Source: Bacteroidota bacterium (GTDB lineage Bacteria; Bacteroidota; Bacteroidia; Bacteroidales; UBA7960). Taken from it: DNA of 64,000 nucleotides. The DNA is taken from positions 11,502 to 75,501 of the forward strand of contig JBBISA010000011.1 of the NCBI GenBank assembly GCA_037441525.1, written 5' to 3'. A program made the position numbers and the translations under genes. Below are positions 19,279-30,087 of the stretch, one piece after another. Within the stretch, counting starts at the first letter, position 1. Each line of letters opens with the position of its first letter. The notes under the pieces are model-generated. The model saw only the letters and a program-made list of their open reading frames with translations. It searched no databases and had not been told where the DNA came from.

Positions 19279-22008
19279 ATGAAAAATCTGAAATATTTTC
19301 AGCTCACAATTGTATTGTCCTTACTTTTCGTAATAACCACATCGGCACAGGGATTTCTTCATTGCAACGGAAGGTATATTTACGATGGAAATGGCAATGA
19401 AGTAATATTGCGCGGTAAAGGCACCGGCAACTGGATGCTGCAGGAAGGCTATATGATGCAAACATCAGGAGTGGCCAATACACAGCATGAATTCAGGGCA
19501 AAGCTTATCGCAACCATAGGTGAAGAAAAAACAGACCAGTTTTACGACAAATGGCTGGAAAACCATTTTACCCGCACAGATGTAGACTCCATGAAATCAT
19601 GGGGATTCAACAGTGTAAGGGTGGCCATGCACTACAAGTGGTTTACCCCACCCATTGAACAAGAACCGGTTCCCGGCGAAATAACCTGGATTGAAAGGGG
19701 TTTTGTAATGATAGATTCACTATTGGATTGGTGCGGTGACAATAAAATGTATCTGATACTCGATCTGCATGGTGCACCTGGTGGTCAGGGGAAGGATGCT
19801 GCTATTTCGGATTACGATCCCACCAAACCATCGCTCTGGGAAAGCCAGGCCAACAAGGACAAAACCATTGCCCTGTGGCGCAAACTGGCCCAACGGTATG
19901 CCAATGAGCCATGGATTGGGGGTTACGACCTTATAAACGAAACCAACTGGACCTTCCCTGAAGGCAATAATTCCCAGCTTCGAAAACTCATGGTTGATAT
20001 TACTGCCGCCATTCGCGAGGTTGACCAGAACCACATAATTTTTGTGGAAGGAAACGGCTTTGCCAACGATTTCAGTGGCATGACCCCACCCTGGGACGAC
20101 AATATGTCTTATAGTTTTCATAAATACTGGACTTATAACACCCAGGAATCCATCAACTTTGCCATAAACCTGCGCAATCAGCATAATGTTCCTATCTGGC
20201 TGGGCGAAACCGGTGAGAACTCCAATGTATGGTTTACCAGCCTTATTGCGCTGGCCGAGAAAAATCGAATTGGCTGGGCAATGTGGCCGGTAAAAAAACC
20301 CGGAATCAACAACCCACTCAGGGTAATTGTACCTGCTGCATACACCAACCTTATCAATTACTGGAAAGGCACAGCCACTAATCCCGGTGTTGATGCAGCC
20401 TTTGCCGCTGTAATGCAGTTTGCAGAAAATCATCGTATTGAAAATTGCGTTTTCCAGAAAGATGTTGTAGATGCAATGATCAGACAGCCCCATACTAACG
20501 AAACCATTCCCTTTACCCTTTTTGATGTTGGAGAGCCCGTTTTTGCCACCGACTACAACCTGGGGCGCAGTGGATATGCATACTGGGATACCGATTCAGC
20601 AAATTTTCATCTCAACACCAATACTTATGTAAACTGGAACCAGGGATGGGCCTATCGTAACGATGGTGTGGATATACAAACCTGCACCGATACCGACGTA
20701 AATAATGGATTTAATGTAGGATGGACCAATACTGGAGAATGGATGGAATACACAGTTGTTTCAGATATTCAGGCAGCTTTCAGGCTGCGGGTGCGCTCTG
20801 CATCGGGAGGCAGTGGATCGAAGATCCGGCTGGAAGCCAACGGAACACCTATTTCGCAGGTACTTACTCTCCCCGGGAGTGGTGCGTGGCAATCATGGCG
20901 GTCAGACAATTTTCAGGGTATTATTTTGGAAAAAGGGGTTAACAAAATCAAATTCATATTTGAACAAGGAGGTTCCAATCTCAACTACTTCATGTTTCTT
21001 GATCCCGTAGAAACCTCTGCTGTACCTTTCAGAAATCTATACGCCTACTCATCGGTTGATGGGCGCACAGTAACCCTGGTTCTGAACAAACCTGTTACAA
21101 CCCCTGAAGGTACCGGACTCTCCCCGGGGTTTTCTTTAACCTGCAACAACGAACCCTTCGAAATAAAATCCATAACCATTGATCCAAGCAATACCCGGGT
21201 CATCAGATTCGAACTAAACAATGCCCTGTTTTTTGGTGGTATAATAAGGCTTTCTTACAACGGGCAAACTTTTTTTCACAATGAGGAGAATCTTGAGAAC
21301 TTCACCAACCTTATTGTTACCAATAATCTGCCTGTAAGATTTACCTTACCAGCGCGGGTGCAGGCTGAGGATTTTGCCGTAAACTTCGGTATGGTGAGCG
21401 AAACATGCACCGATACAGGCGGTGGGCTTAATATGGGTTATGCCAACCCTGGTGATTATCTCGATTACAGGGTACATGTTCCCAACGCCGGCAATTATAC
21501 CATCAACTTCAGGGTAGCCACAATAAGAGCATCGAGCCAGCTTACGGTAATGGTTGAATCTGGAAACACCTTTTCTGAAGTGGGTACCCTCACCATTACA
21601 CCAACTGGGGGTTGGCAAACCTGGGCAACATTGCCCCTGAATGTAACCCTTCCGCAGGGGCGTTATACTTTGCGGTTGTTTATCAGATCAGGAGAGTTCA
21701 ACATTAACTGGTTTCAGGTGAATACATCAACGGTTGATGTGGAAAAGATTCCTGAAAAAACCTTCAGGCTGGCCCCCAATCCTGTGAGCGACCAGGCAGT
21801 TCTTTATGCTCCTGAAACAGGCATTTCACCCAATCAGGTTGCCATATACAATATGATGGGGCAGCAGGTTCTATTGCAGGAATATTTACAAGGTATAACC
21901 GAAAAACTTGCTGTTGGACATCTGAAACAGGGCATTTATATTGTAGTTCTGAAAAGAGACATGATGCCCCTGTACTCATCCAAAATGATCATTCAGAAAA
22001 ATGATTAA
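19279..22008 (+). CDS. GH5 endoglucanase-type enzyme with two CBM6-like modules and T9SS CTD
   Basis: GFNSVRV, LILDLHGAPGGQ, YDLINE, SFHKYW, WLGETGEN; GEWMEY/GDYLDY...TGGWQTW CBM6 motifs; LAPNPV CTD. Confidence 0.88.
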   Translation: MKNLKYFQLTIVLSLLFVITTSAQGFLHCNGRYIYDGNGNEVILRGKGTGNWMLQEGYMMQTSGVANTQHEFRAKLIATIGEEKTDQFYDKWLENHFTRTDVDSMKSWGFNSVRVAMHYKWFTPPIEQEPVPGEITWIERGFVMIDSLLDWCGDNKMYLILDLHGAPGGQGKDAAISDYDPTKPSLWESQANKDKTIALWRKLAQRYANEPWIGGYDLINETNWTFPEGNNSQLRKLMVDITAAIREVDQNHIIFVEGNGFANDFSGMTPPWDDNMSYSFHKYWTYNTQESINFAINLRNQHNVPIWLGETGENSNVWFTSLIALAEKNRIGWAMWPVKKPGINNPLRVIVPAAYTNLINYWKGTATNPGVDAAFAAVMQFAENHRIENCVFQKDVVDAMIRQPHTNETIPFTLFDVGEPVFATDYNLGRSGYAYWDTDSANFHLNTNTYVNWNQGWAYRNDGVDIQTCTDTDVNNGFNVGWTNTGEWMEYTVVSDIQAAFRLRVRSASGGSGSKIRLEANGTPISQVLTLPGSGAWQSWRSDNFQGIILEKGVNKIKFIFEQGGSNLNYFMFLDPVETSAVPFRNLYAYSSVDGRTVTLVLNKPVTTPEGTGLSPGFSLTCNNEPFEIKSITIDPSNTRVIRFELNNALFFGGIIRLSYNGQTFFHNEENLENFTNLIVTNNLPVRFTLPARVQAEDFAVNFGMVSETCTDTGGGLNMGYANPGDYLDYRVHVPNAGNYTINFRVATIRASSQLTVMVESGNTFSEVGTLTITPTGGWQTWATLPLNVTLPQGRYTLRLFIRSGEFNINWFQVNTSTVDVEKIPEKTFRLAPNPVSDQAVLYAPETGISPNQVAIYNMMGQQVLLQEYLQGITEKLAVGHLKQGIYIVVLKRDMMPLYSSKMIIQKND

Positions 22009-22035
22009 AAACATAACCCAAAGCCTATATCCGCC

Positions 22036-24051
22036 ATGAAAAAAAGCTTGCCATTACTTTTCATGTTCCTGTTTCTGCTTTTCCCCTGGCAGTTGCGCTC
22101 CCAATGCTGGGAACTAATCTGGGCCGAAGAGTTTGATTATACTGGTTTTCCCGACTCAAGCATCTGGAGTTTTGAAGTGGGTGGTGATGGCTGGGGGAAC
22201 AACGAACTGCAATATTACAAAGCCAATGACCAGGACAACTCGTGGGTGAAAGATGGGAAACTAACAATAAGGGCCATCAATGAATCGTTTGGCGGACGCA
22301 ACTATACTTCGGCACGTATTGTAACCCGCGACAAATTCAGCGTGCAATATGGCAAAATTGAGGCCCGAATAAAACTTCCCTTTGGGCAAGGTATCTGGCC
22401 TGCTTTCTGGGGTCTGGGGCAGAACCATGCAAAGGCAGGTTGGCCGGCCTGTGGCGAGATAGACATAATGGAAATGATTGGCGGCACCAACCGCGACAAT
22501 CAGGTACATGGCACTTTGCATTGGGATAACAATGGCTCCCATGCATCGTATGGTGGCAGTTATCGTTTGCCATCGGGTATATTTGCCGATGATTTTTATC
22601 GTTTCTCCATTGTATGGACACCCCAGTACATTCGTTGGTATGTGAATGATATTCAATTTCATGTTACAGATATACGACCGGCTGGTCTCAGTGAGTTTCA
22701 CCAGGATTTCTTCCTTATCCTGAATCTTGCGGTGGGGGGCAACTGGCCCGGGGCTCCCAACGCTTCAACCATCTTCCCGCAAGTTCTCGATGTTGACTAT
22801 ATCAGGGTTTACAAAAATAGCAGTTCCATAGTAAATGAAGTGCCTGTAAAAGGAATAGCAGAAATGCCCGGGAAGGCAGAAAACATCGAATTTTCATTGC
22901 CCGCAATACCACACTGGAGCTACCAGTGGGTGGTTCCTGCTGATGCAAGGATCGTTTCGGGCCAGGGTACCGAAAAAGTAACTGTTACCTGGGGTTGCTC
23001 CCCGGGCCAAATAAAGTGCCTTGTTACCGGGGAATGTGCCACGTGGGAGTTTAAAAAAAATGTGGAAGTAAAAACCACTATAACCGGCCCCATGTTTATT
23101 GCCGAAAACCAGAAAGGGGTTAGGCTGCAAACCCCTGCTATGGCCCAAACCACCTTCAACTGGATAATACCCAACGATGCTGCCATAGTGCAGGGAAACC
23201 AAACCAACTCCATAAGCGTTGACTGGGGTACTTCATTTGAAGATGTGATACTGCAAACCGAAAATGAATGTGGCCTTACCCAAGCCACCTTTAAAGTAGT
23301 AAAAGCCGGACAGTACCCATTTCCTGATATTTACACCCCCCACCCTATTCCTGGCATGATTGAATCGGTAAATTTTGATTATGGCGGCAGAAACGTTTCA
23401 TGGTTCGATTCAACCAATGGTAACCAGGGCAACGGCCCCAGGGCGGATACCGATGTAGACACCCAATACAGCGACAATGGCCAGCCCAATGTAGGCTGGA
23501 TAACCAATGGTGAATGGCTGGAGTATTCAGTAAAAGTTAAAACCGAAGGATATTACCGGGTAGATATGCGATTGGCCACAGCCAATGCAACGGGTGGCCC
23601 GTTTTCACTCAGGTTCAACAGCAATAACAAAATAACCGGTATCATCATTAACAATACCGGCGGATGGGCCAGTTTTGTAACCCGAACAGTAGGAACCATC
23701 TATCTTACCCCCGAAGACACCCTGATGCGGTTGCATTTTAATACCGGTGGTTTCAATCTGGGCAGAATTACCCTCACCCACGATCCTGTTTATGGCGTTG
23801 AATCAACTGGGGCGACAAAGGCTGTCATTTTTCCCAATCCGGCAAAAAGTTCCATAGTCATCCAACATGATGTACCCCTTGCAGCCATTACTATAACCGA
23901 TATTACAGGTAAAATAATGGTAAGGGAGACAGGACTTTCGGCCACATCATACCCCATTGCAACAGATTTGTGGTGGCAGGGAATATACCTGTTAAAACTG
24001 GAAACCCTTCAGGGGGCTACCGAGTTTCACAGGTTTGTGAAAATGGATTAA
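22036..24051 (+). CDS. GH16 beta-1,3-glucanase (laminarinase-type) with PKD-like domains, CBM6 and T9SS CTD
   Basis: GWGNNELQYY, YTSAR, GIWPAFW, catalytic EIDIME, LNLAVGGNWPG; GEWLEY..TGGW; IFPNPA. Confidence 0.9.
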   Translation: MKKSLPLLFMFLFLLFPWQLRSQCWELIWAEEFDYTGFPDSSIWSFEVGGDGWGNNELQYYKANDQDNSWVKDGKLTIRAINESFGGRNYTSARIVTRDKFSVQYGKIEARIKLPFGQGIWPAFWGLGQNHAKAGWPACGEIDIMEMIGGTNRDNQVHGTLHWDNNGSHASYGGSYRLPSGIFADDFYRFSIVWTPQYIRWYVNDIQFHVTDIRPAGLSEFHQDFFLILNLAVGGNWPGAPNASTIFPQVLDVDYIRVYKNSSSIVNEVPVKGIAEMPGKAENIEFSLPAIPHWSYQWVVPADARIVSGQGTEKVTVTWGCSPGQIKCLVTGECATWEFKKNVEVKTTITGPMFIAENQKGVRLQTPAMAQTTFNWIIPNDAAIVQGNQTNSISVDWGTSFEDVILQTENECGLTQATFKVVKAGQYPFPDIYTPHPIPGMIESVNFDYGGRNVSWFDSTNGNQGNGPRADTDVDTQYSDNGQPNVGWITNGEWLEYSVKVKTEGYYRVDMRLATANATGGPFSLRFNSNNKITGIIINNTGGWASFVTRTVGTIYLTPEDTLMRLHFNTGGFNLGRITLTHDPVYGVESTGATKAVIFPNPAKSSIVIQHDVPLAAITITDITGKIMVRETGLSATSYPIATDLWWQGIYLLKLETLQGATEFHRFVKMD

Positions 24052-24180
24052 GGTATTTTGACTTTTATTTATACTTTTAGGCAGTTTTTGCATTTTGTCC
24101 CTTCGGTGCTGAACTGATGAGATGAAATATATAGATAACCAGTAACATCAACCTTCTCAAACCACCAAACCACCCTTGCT

Positions 24181-26022
24181 ATGATACTTCAAACCATCGA
24201 CTGGATCATTGTATTGTTATTTTTCATTGTTCTGCTTACCATTGGCTTTCTGGCATCGCGGCAGGCAGGTAAAAGCACCACCAACTTTTTTCTTTCGGGC
24301 CGCAGCATGCCCTGGTGGTTACTGGGTGTGAGTATGGTGGCTACCACCTTCTCAGCCGATACTCCCAACCTGGTGACCGACATGGTACGTACGGGCGGGG
24401 TGGCCAGCAACTGGCTGTGGTGGGCGTTTCTGCTCACAGGAATGCTTACTGTGTTTGTTTATGCCAAATTATGGAACCGCTCAAAAGTAATGACCGACCT
24501 TGAATTTTACGAACTGCGCTATAGTGGAAAAACGGCGGCTTTTCTGCGGGGCTTCAGGGCAATATACCTGGGATTCTTTTTCAATGTAATGGTGATAGCC
24601 AGTGTATCGCTGGCATTTATAAAAATAGCCGGGGTTATGCTGGGGCTGCAACCCGCCCCGGCACTTATTATTGCTGCTGTTATCGTGGTGTTCTACAGCG
24701 GATTGGGAGGGTTGAAATCTATCCTTTGGACCGATCTGTTTCAATTCAGCTTTGCTATGTTCGGAGCAGTGATAGCCGCTGTGTATATTACCCGGTCGCC
24801 TGAAGTGGGCGGATTGCAACAATTGTTTTCCCATCCTGCCGTTGCTGATAAACTATCCTTTATTCCTTCGCTGTCGCAGCCCGAAATCTTTCTGAGTATT
24901 TTCCTTATCCCCCTGGCTGTACAATGGTGGGCTGCATGGTATCCAGGCGCTGAACCGGGCGGTGGCGGTTATGTTGCCCAGCGTATGTTATCGGCAAAGA
25001 ATGAAAATCATGCAGTGGGAGCTACCTTGCTGTTCAACTTTTTTCATTACGCACTTCGACCCTGGCCATGGATTGTCGTGGGTCTGGCATCGCTCATCAT
25101 CTTTCCTGACATACAATCGATGGTTGACCGTTTCCCCGAAGTATCAAAGCAATACATCCAAAATGACTTTGCCTACCCGGCCATGCTGCGCGAGTTTTTG
25201 CCGGCCGGTTTACTGGGCCTGGTTGTTGCATCGCTCATTGCGGCTTATATGTCAACCACGGCATCGCAGCTAAATTGGGGCTCATCGTACCTGGTGAATG
25301 ATTTTTATGCCCGGTTTTATAACCCCAATGCCACTGAAAAGCAAAAAGTAACCTTCGGACGTTTCAGCACAGTTATACTAATGATATTCTCGGTTTTATT
25401 GGCCCTGGTTCTGCAAAACGCTTTGCAGGCATTTCAGTATATGCTGATGATTGGTGCCGGAACCGGACTAATTTATATTCTCAGATGGTTCTGGTGGCGC
25501 ATCAATGCCTGGAGTGAACTGTCGGCCATGGTTGGTGCAGCAGTATTCTCCATTATTTTTATCCTTATAGAAAATTTTGGTATGACCCGAGGTGCTGATG
25601 GCTCTCTTGATGTAATGGGTATAGGCACCACTGCGGCTTACTGGAATATTATAAAATTTACCGGGGTGGTGTTTCTTACATCAACCACCTGGATTGTGGT
25701 TACCTTTCTTACGCCCCCGGTAAAAGAGGAAACTCTACGCAATTTTTATCGCAAAATACGCCCCGGCGGCCCCGGATGGAAAGCAGTTGTGGAACGCGCC
25801 CGGGCTGAAAACGTTGAGTTGGTTAAGGAGAGTGACCTAAGGTGGGATGTACCCACGGGTATTTTGTGTATGATCCTGGGGTGCATAACCATTTACAGCA
25901 TCCTGTTTGCCATTGGCAATATATTGTATGGAAACCTTGGACAGACCCTTATATTTACCGGTCTTACTATTGCAGCTGCACTTTTACTGATAAAAAGCTG
26001 GAAAAGACTTCGCTCGAAATAG
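24181..26022 (+). CDS. Sodium:solute symporter (SSS) family transporter
   Basis: FFLSGRSMPWW, SMVATTF, GGLKSILWTD, YVAQRML; many TM helices. Confidence 0.9.
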   Translation: MILQTIDWIIVLLFFIVLLTIGFLASRQAGKSTTNFFLSGRSMPWWLLGVSMVATTFSADTPNLVTDMVRTGGVASNWLWWAFLLTGMLTVFVYAKLWNRSKVMTDLEFYELRYSGKTAAFLRGFRAIYLGFFFNVMVIASVSLAFIKIAGVMLGLQPAPALIIAAVIVVFYSGLGGLKSILWTDLFQFSFAMFGAVIAAVYITRSPEVGGLQQLFSHPAVADKLSFIPSLSQPEIFLSIFLIPLAVQWWAAWYPGAEPGGGGYVAQRMLSAKNENHAVGATLLFNFFHYALRPWPWIVVGLASLIIFPDIQSMVDRFPEVSKQYIQNDFAYPAMLREFLPAGLLGLVVASLIAAYMSTTASQLNWGSSYLVNDFYARFYNPNATEKQKVTFGRFSTVILMIFSVLLALVLQNALQAFQYMLMIGAGTGLIYILRWFWWRINAWSELSAMVGAAVFSIIFILIENFGMTRGADGSLDVMGIGTTAAYWNIIKFTGVVFLTSTTWIVVTFLTPPVKEETLRNFYRKIRPGGPGWKAVVERARAENVELVKESDLRWDVPTGILCMILGCITIYSILFAIGNILYGNLGQTLIFTGLTIAAALLLIKSWKRLRSK

Positions 26023-26053
26023 ACAGGTTTTCCCATCTTATTATCCTGATATT

Positions 26054-27154
26054 ATGAACATTGTTGACCCGGCAGCTATTGCAGGAAAATTCAATTTTGC
26101 CGGTTCTGTTACCGATGTGGCACCCCTTGGCTCAGGTCATATACACAAAACCTGGCTCATAAAAACCAGTTTCCAAAAACATCCCGGGTATATCCTTCAA
26201 CAGATAAACCACAAAGTTTTCCCTCATGTGGAAGAAATGATGAGCAACATTGTACGGGTTATCCGATATTTAAGGGAGAAATCTCCAAAAGGGAGCATAA
26301 ATAGCGTTCTTGAGATAATCCCAACGGCAAATGGTGGCAGTTTTCTCAAAGATGAAAAGGGGTTTTACTGGAGAATGTACGACAAAATTGACCCCGGAAT
26401 TAGTTACGATATTGTACCTGATGCCAAAATTGCTTATGAGGCAGGCCTTGCATTTGGTTATTTTATTGCACGATTGGTTGACTTCCCTGCTAACAGTCTT
26501 TTCCCGGTTATACCCCGGTTCCATTCCCTTCAATGGCGGCATGAGCAACTCACCCAGGCAGTAAATGAAAACTTCGCCAAAAGGGTGAGCAGGGTTGAAA
26601 ATCAATTGGAAATGGCTGACGAATTTTACCAGAAACTGGCCGGAATTTCTGAAATAGGGATCAATGCCATACTTCCTTACAGGGTTACCCACAACGATAC
26701 CAAACTCAACAATGTATTATTCGACCATGAGGGCAATGCTGTATGTGTTATAGACCTCGATACGGTAATGCCTGGCCTGGTGTTGTATGATTTTGGAGAC
26801 ACCATCAGAACCGCTGCCAATACCGCGCCTGAAGATGAGCCCAACCATGACAAAATCCGATTTAATCTTTCAGTATTTGAAGCCTTTAGCAGGGGATTCA
26901 TCAAGAAAACATTACAGTTTCTCACTCCATTGGAAAAGGAAACCCTGGTATATGGCGGCCAATATATGACCCTGATCATGGCTATACGCTTTTTGACTGA
27001 TCATTTGAATGGAGATGTATATTATCCCATCCGTTTCCCGGAACATAACCTTGTGCGGTGCAAAGCCCACTTAAGATTGCTCAGGCTAATGGAAGCCCAG
27101 CATCAGCGATGCCGCGAAATTCATGAAACTATTTTTGATGAATTAAAGGGGTAA
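26054..27154 (+). CDS. APH/choline-kinase-fold phosphotransferase, N-acetylhexosamine 1-kinase/MdsC-like
   Basis: GSGHIHKT, YILQQINH, Brenner motif THNDTKLNN, VIDLDTVMPG, YDFGD, RFLTDHL. Confidence 0.8.
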   Translation: MNIVDPAAIAGKFNFAGSVTDVAPLGSGHIHKTWLIKTSFQKHPGYILQQINHKVFPHVEEMMSNIVRVIRYLREKSPKGSINSVLEIIPTANGGSFLKDEKGFYWRMYDKIDPGISYDIVPDAKIAYEAGLAFGYFIARLVDFPANSLFPVIPRFHSLQWRHEQLTQAVNENFAKRVSRVENQLEMADEFYQKLAGISEIGINAILPYRVTHNDTKLNNVLFDHEGNAVCVIDLDTVMPGLVLYDFGDTIRTAANTAPEDEPNHDKIRFNLSVFEAFSRGFIKKTLQFLTPLEKETLVYGGQYMTLIMAIRFLTDHLNGDVYYPIRFPEHNLVRCKAHLRLLRLMEAQHQRCREIHETIFDELKG

Positions 27155-27335
27155 ACCAATGTCGCCGAGATTAATCAGGCATAGTAATAAAACGGCGAAT
27201 TGAACACTGAAACAATATTATGCATTGCAACCTGAAAAGAGAATAAAGACTTACACCTGATTAACTACCATACAACATAAATTTAACCCAAATAAAACTG
27301 ATCGTCAAAACATGACTTTCGAAATTGTAGATTTC

Positions 27336-28241
27336 TTAATAGCCCTGTTGTGATCTATTGAGCTTACTTATTATCGGATTAAAAGCTTTGGTAAATACCA
27401 AAACACTATCCCCGATGGTTAAATTTTCCATGTCACTATCAAATGCAATTACTTTAACAATTTGATTGCTGCCCGAAATAACCGTAACAATATTGATATT
27501 ATCCTGCCTGTCAATTCGTGCAATCTGTCCATTGATTTGCACTTTGCCGCTGATACTGCTGTCTGAAAAAACCTCATCCGGGCTGCCGATGCGCTGAATT
27601 TTTCCGTTTTCAATGCTAAGAACAGAACTTGCTAAACGAAACACTTCATTTAAATCGTGGCTAACCATAATGGTTGTTGCATTTAATAACTGGTGTGCTT
27701 GCAGTATTTCGTTTTGCAATGCAGATCTCATTTCGGCATCAAGAGCTGAAAGAGGTTCATCCAAAAGTAATAACAGGGGCTTGCGGGCAAGTGCGCGTGC
27801 TAAGGCTACCCGCTGTTTTTGCCCCCCGGATAGCCCATAAGGTTTTCGCTTTCGAAATTCTGATAAACCAAATATTGATAAAAGTTCGGATGTGGTTTTT
27901 TCATTTTTGTGCGATTGTGCGAACTGAATATTTTGCTCAACAGTCATATTGGGAAAAAGAGCATAATCCTGAAACATGAAACTGATACATCTTTTTTGAG
28001 GAGCAATGTTTATCCCCTTATCCGAATCGAACCAGACATTATCGCCAAACTTTACAATTCCTTTATTCGGAACAGTTAGACCTGCTAAAATTCTTAAAAG
28101 GGTTGTTTTGCCAGCACCCGAAGGTCCGAATAAGGCAATCATTTCGCCCATTTCAATGTTTGTATCCACCACAAGATTCATCTTACCGTTGGCGGTAAAC
28201 ATCATTTTTTCAATATTTACATAAATTACATCATTTTCCAT
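27336..28241 (-). CDS. modC: Molybdate ABC transporter ATP-binding protein
   Basis: Walker A GPSGAGKTT, FQDYALFP, LSGGQKQR, LLLDEP; operon context. Confidence 0.9.
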   Translation of the reverse strand: MENDVIYVNIEKMMFTANGKMNLVVDTNIEMGEMIALFGPSGAGKTTLLRILAGLTVPNKGIVKFGDNVWFDSDKGINIAPQKRCISFMFQDYALFPNMTVEQNIQFAQSHKNEKTTSELLSIFGLSEFRKRKPYGLSGGQKQRVALARALARKPLLLLLDEPLSALDAEMRSALQNEILQAHQLLNATTIMVSHDLNEVFRLASSVLSIENGKIQRIGSPDEVFSDSSISGKVQINGQIARIDRQDNINIVTVISGSNQIVKVIAFDSDMENLTIGDSVLVFTKAFNPIISKLNRSQQGY

Positions 28242-28906
28242 GTATCATATTTATTATTAACGCTGTAAATAGTTGTAAGCAGCACCAATGACACAACAAA
28301 AAGGATAAAGGCATATTGATTGGCTGTGGCAAAATTAAGGGATTGCACTTCGTCATAAATAGCAATAGAAGCCACCCTGGTTTCGCCCGGCATATTGCCT
28401 CCAACCATTAGAACAATACCAAACTCGCCCATACTATGGGCAAATGTGAGAGCGACAGCGGTGATTATTGAAGGTTTTATATTGGGAATCAAAACCCGAA
28501 AAAATGTTAGCATTTTTGACTTGCCAAGGGTGTACGATGCTTCACGCAAGCTATCGGGCAATGCACGCAGCCCATTATGTAGGGGTTGAATCATGAAAGG
28601 TAGATTGAAAATTACCGAAGCAATAAGTACTCCCTCAAATGTAAAAGCCAGCCGTAAATCAAACGTTGTGGCGAGCCAATTGCCAAACCAGTTTTTAGGG
28701 CTATAAATAACTAACATATAGTAACCAATAACCGAGGGCGGCAATACCATTGGCATACTTACTAGGGCCTCTACCAACGATTTAAGTTTAAATTGTGTAT
28801 AGGCCAACCAATACGAAAAAGGCAGCCCTATGATTATCAGGATAGTTGTGGCAGAACCAGCGAGTTTAAATGTTATCCATAATGTTTGAGCAAAGGATGC
28901 ATCCAT
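28226..28906 (-). CDS. modB: Molybdate ABC transporter permease
   Basis: MPMVLPPSVIGYY, FAHSMGEFG..LMVGGNMPGET, EAA-like loop LREASYTLG. Confidence 0.93.
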   Translation of the reverse strand: MDASFAQTLWITFKLAGSATTILIIIGLPFSYWLAYTQFKLKSLVEALVSMPMVLPPSVIGYYMLVIYSPKNWFGNWLATTFDLRLAFTFEGVLIASVIFNLPFMIQPLHNGLRALPDSLREASYTLGKSKMLTFFRVLIPNIKPSIITAVALTFAHSMGEFGIVLMVGGNMPGETRVASIAIYDEVQSLNFATANQYAFILFVVSLVLLTTIYSVNNKYDTWKMM

Positions 28907-28916
28907 AATTTAGGGG

Positions 28917-29318
28917 TTATTTTTTTCTGAGAGATATTTCATTGGCTTTCACCATGGCTTCAATTTCATCACCCGGTGATATGTTAAGCGAATTCACTGC
29001 ACGAGTGGTTATAACCGATACAACGGAATTTTTTTGAAATTGCAATGTTATTTTGCTCAGCAGTTCTCCACTTTCAACTCTAATTACAGTGCACATCATA
29101 CGATTCCGGATACTTATTAACCCCTTTAAATCCCTGGCAAGCGATACCTCGGTTTCTTTAAACAGAAGGTCGATGGTATTGCCGTTGTAAAGCCAGGCGG
29201 GTCTTTTTATTGACTCAATAAGCAAGGCTGAAAAGCATTGCCCGTCAACATCTACATCAACCAGTAAAATTGCTCCCGATTGCAATATTTGCGTTATGTT
29301 TCCTGTCAGTGTATTCAT
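28917..29318 (-). CDS. Di-TOBE (molbindin-like) protein
   Basis: MNTLTGNI..LFKETEV, SIRNR..., VKANEI: two TOBE repeats. Confidence 0.85.
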   Translation of the reverse strand: MNTLTGNITQILQSGAILLVDVDVDGQCFSALLIESIKRPAWLYNGNTIDLLFKETEVSLARDLKGLISIRNRMMCTVIRVESGELLSKITLQFQKNSVVSVITTRAVNSLNISPGDEIEAMVKANEISLRKK

Positions 29319-29319
29319 A

Positions 29320-30054
29320 TTATGGGATTATAAAACCATATTTTTCGAAAATAGGTTTGCAATCAGCACTCAAAATGAAGTTCATAAACTTTGTGGCTTC
29401 GGGATTATTTTGCCAGCTTTTCAATAGCACCATTGCTTGTTCTACCGGTTTATAACTTTTGGTATCGATTATATAATAGGAGCCTTTCATATCGGGAGCC
29501 AAAGCCAGAGCAAGTGCCATAAACCCAATTTCTGCATTGCCCGTTTGGGCAAATTGCGCAGCCTGAGCGATATTGTCGGCATACACAATTTTACTTTTAA
29601 CCCTGTCGAAAAGGTTGTAATACTTCAGACATTCTATGGCCCTTGCACCATAGGGGGCAACATCGGGTTTGGCTATGGCGATGCGCTTAACCGCATTGTC
29701 TGCAATTATATCAAGGCCTTTCGATACATCAACAGTATTGCTCCAGATTACCAGTTTTCCGAAGGCGTAGGTTATTACCTCGCCCTTGACCATGCCTTGT
29801 GCTTTTAAAAATTCCCGATATATTCTGTCGGCAGCCAGAAACAAATCAAAATCGGCTCCGTTGGCAATTTGTTGAACCAATGCACCCGACGAGCCAAAGT
29901 TCATGATGATGTTGACTCTTGGATTATCATTTGCATATTTTACTTTAATTTCTTCGAGAACATAGCGCAAATTACCGGCTGCGGCTACTTTTACGGCTTG
30001 GGCCTTAAGGCTGATACTAAAAACCATCAATAAGATTATTAATACTTTCTTCAT
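29320..30054 (-). CDS. modA: Molybdate ABC transporter substrate-binding protein
   Basis: VAAAGNL, FGSSGAL..QIANGA.FDLFLAAD, IAKPDVAPYG, IFEKYGF. Confidence 0.92.
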   Translation of the reverse strand: MKKVLIILLMVFSISLKAQAVKVAAAGNLRYVLEEIKVKYANDNPRVNIIMNFGSSGALVQQIANGADFDLFLAADRIYREFLKAQGMVKGEVITYAFGKLVIWSNTVDVSKGLDIIADNAVKRIAIAKPDVAPYGARAIECLKYYNLFDRVKSKIVYADNIAQAAQFAQTGNAEIGFMALALALAPDMKGSYYIIDTKSYKPVEQAMVLLKSWQNNPEATKFMNFILSADCKPIFEKYGFIIP

Positions 30055-30087
30055 GTTATTTTGTTTTAAGGTTACTTATTTGGCAAA

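Noticed and set aside
19720-20493. 257-aa minus-strand ORF, and similar shadows inside GH10, GH16, the kinase and GH149
   Set aside because: Antisense to well-supported genes; explained by codon bias of the real strand.
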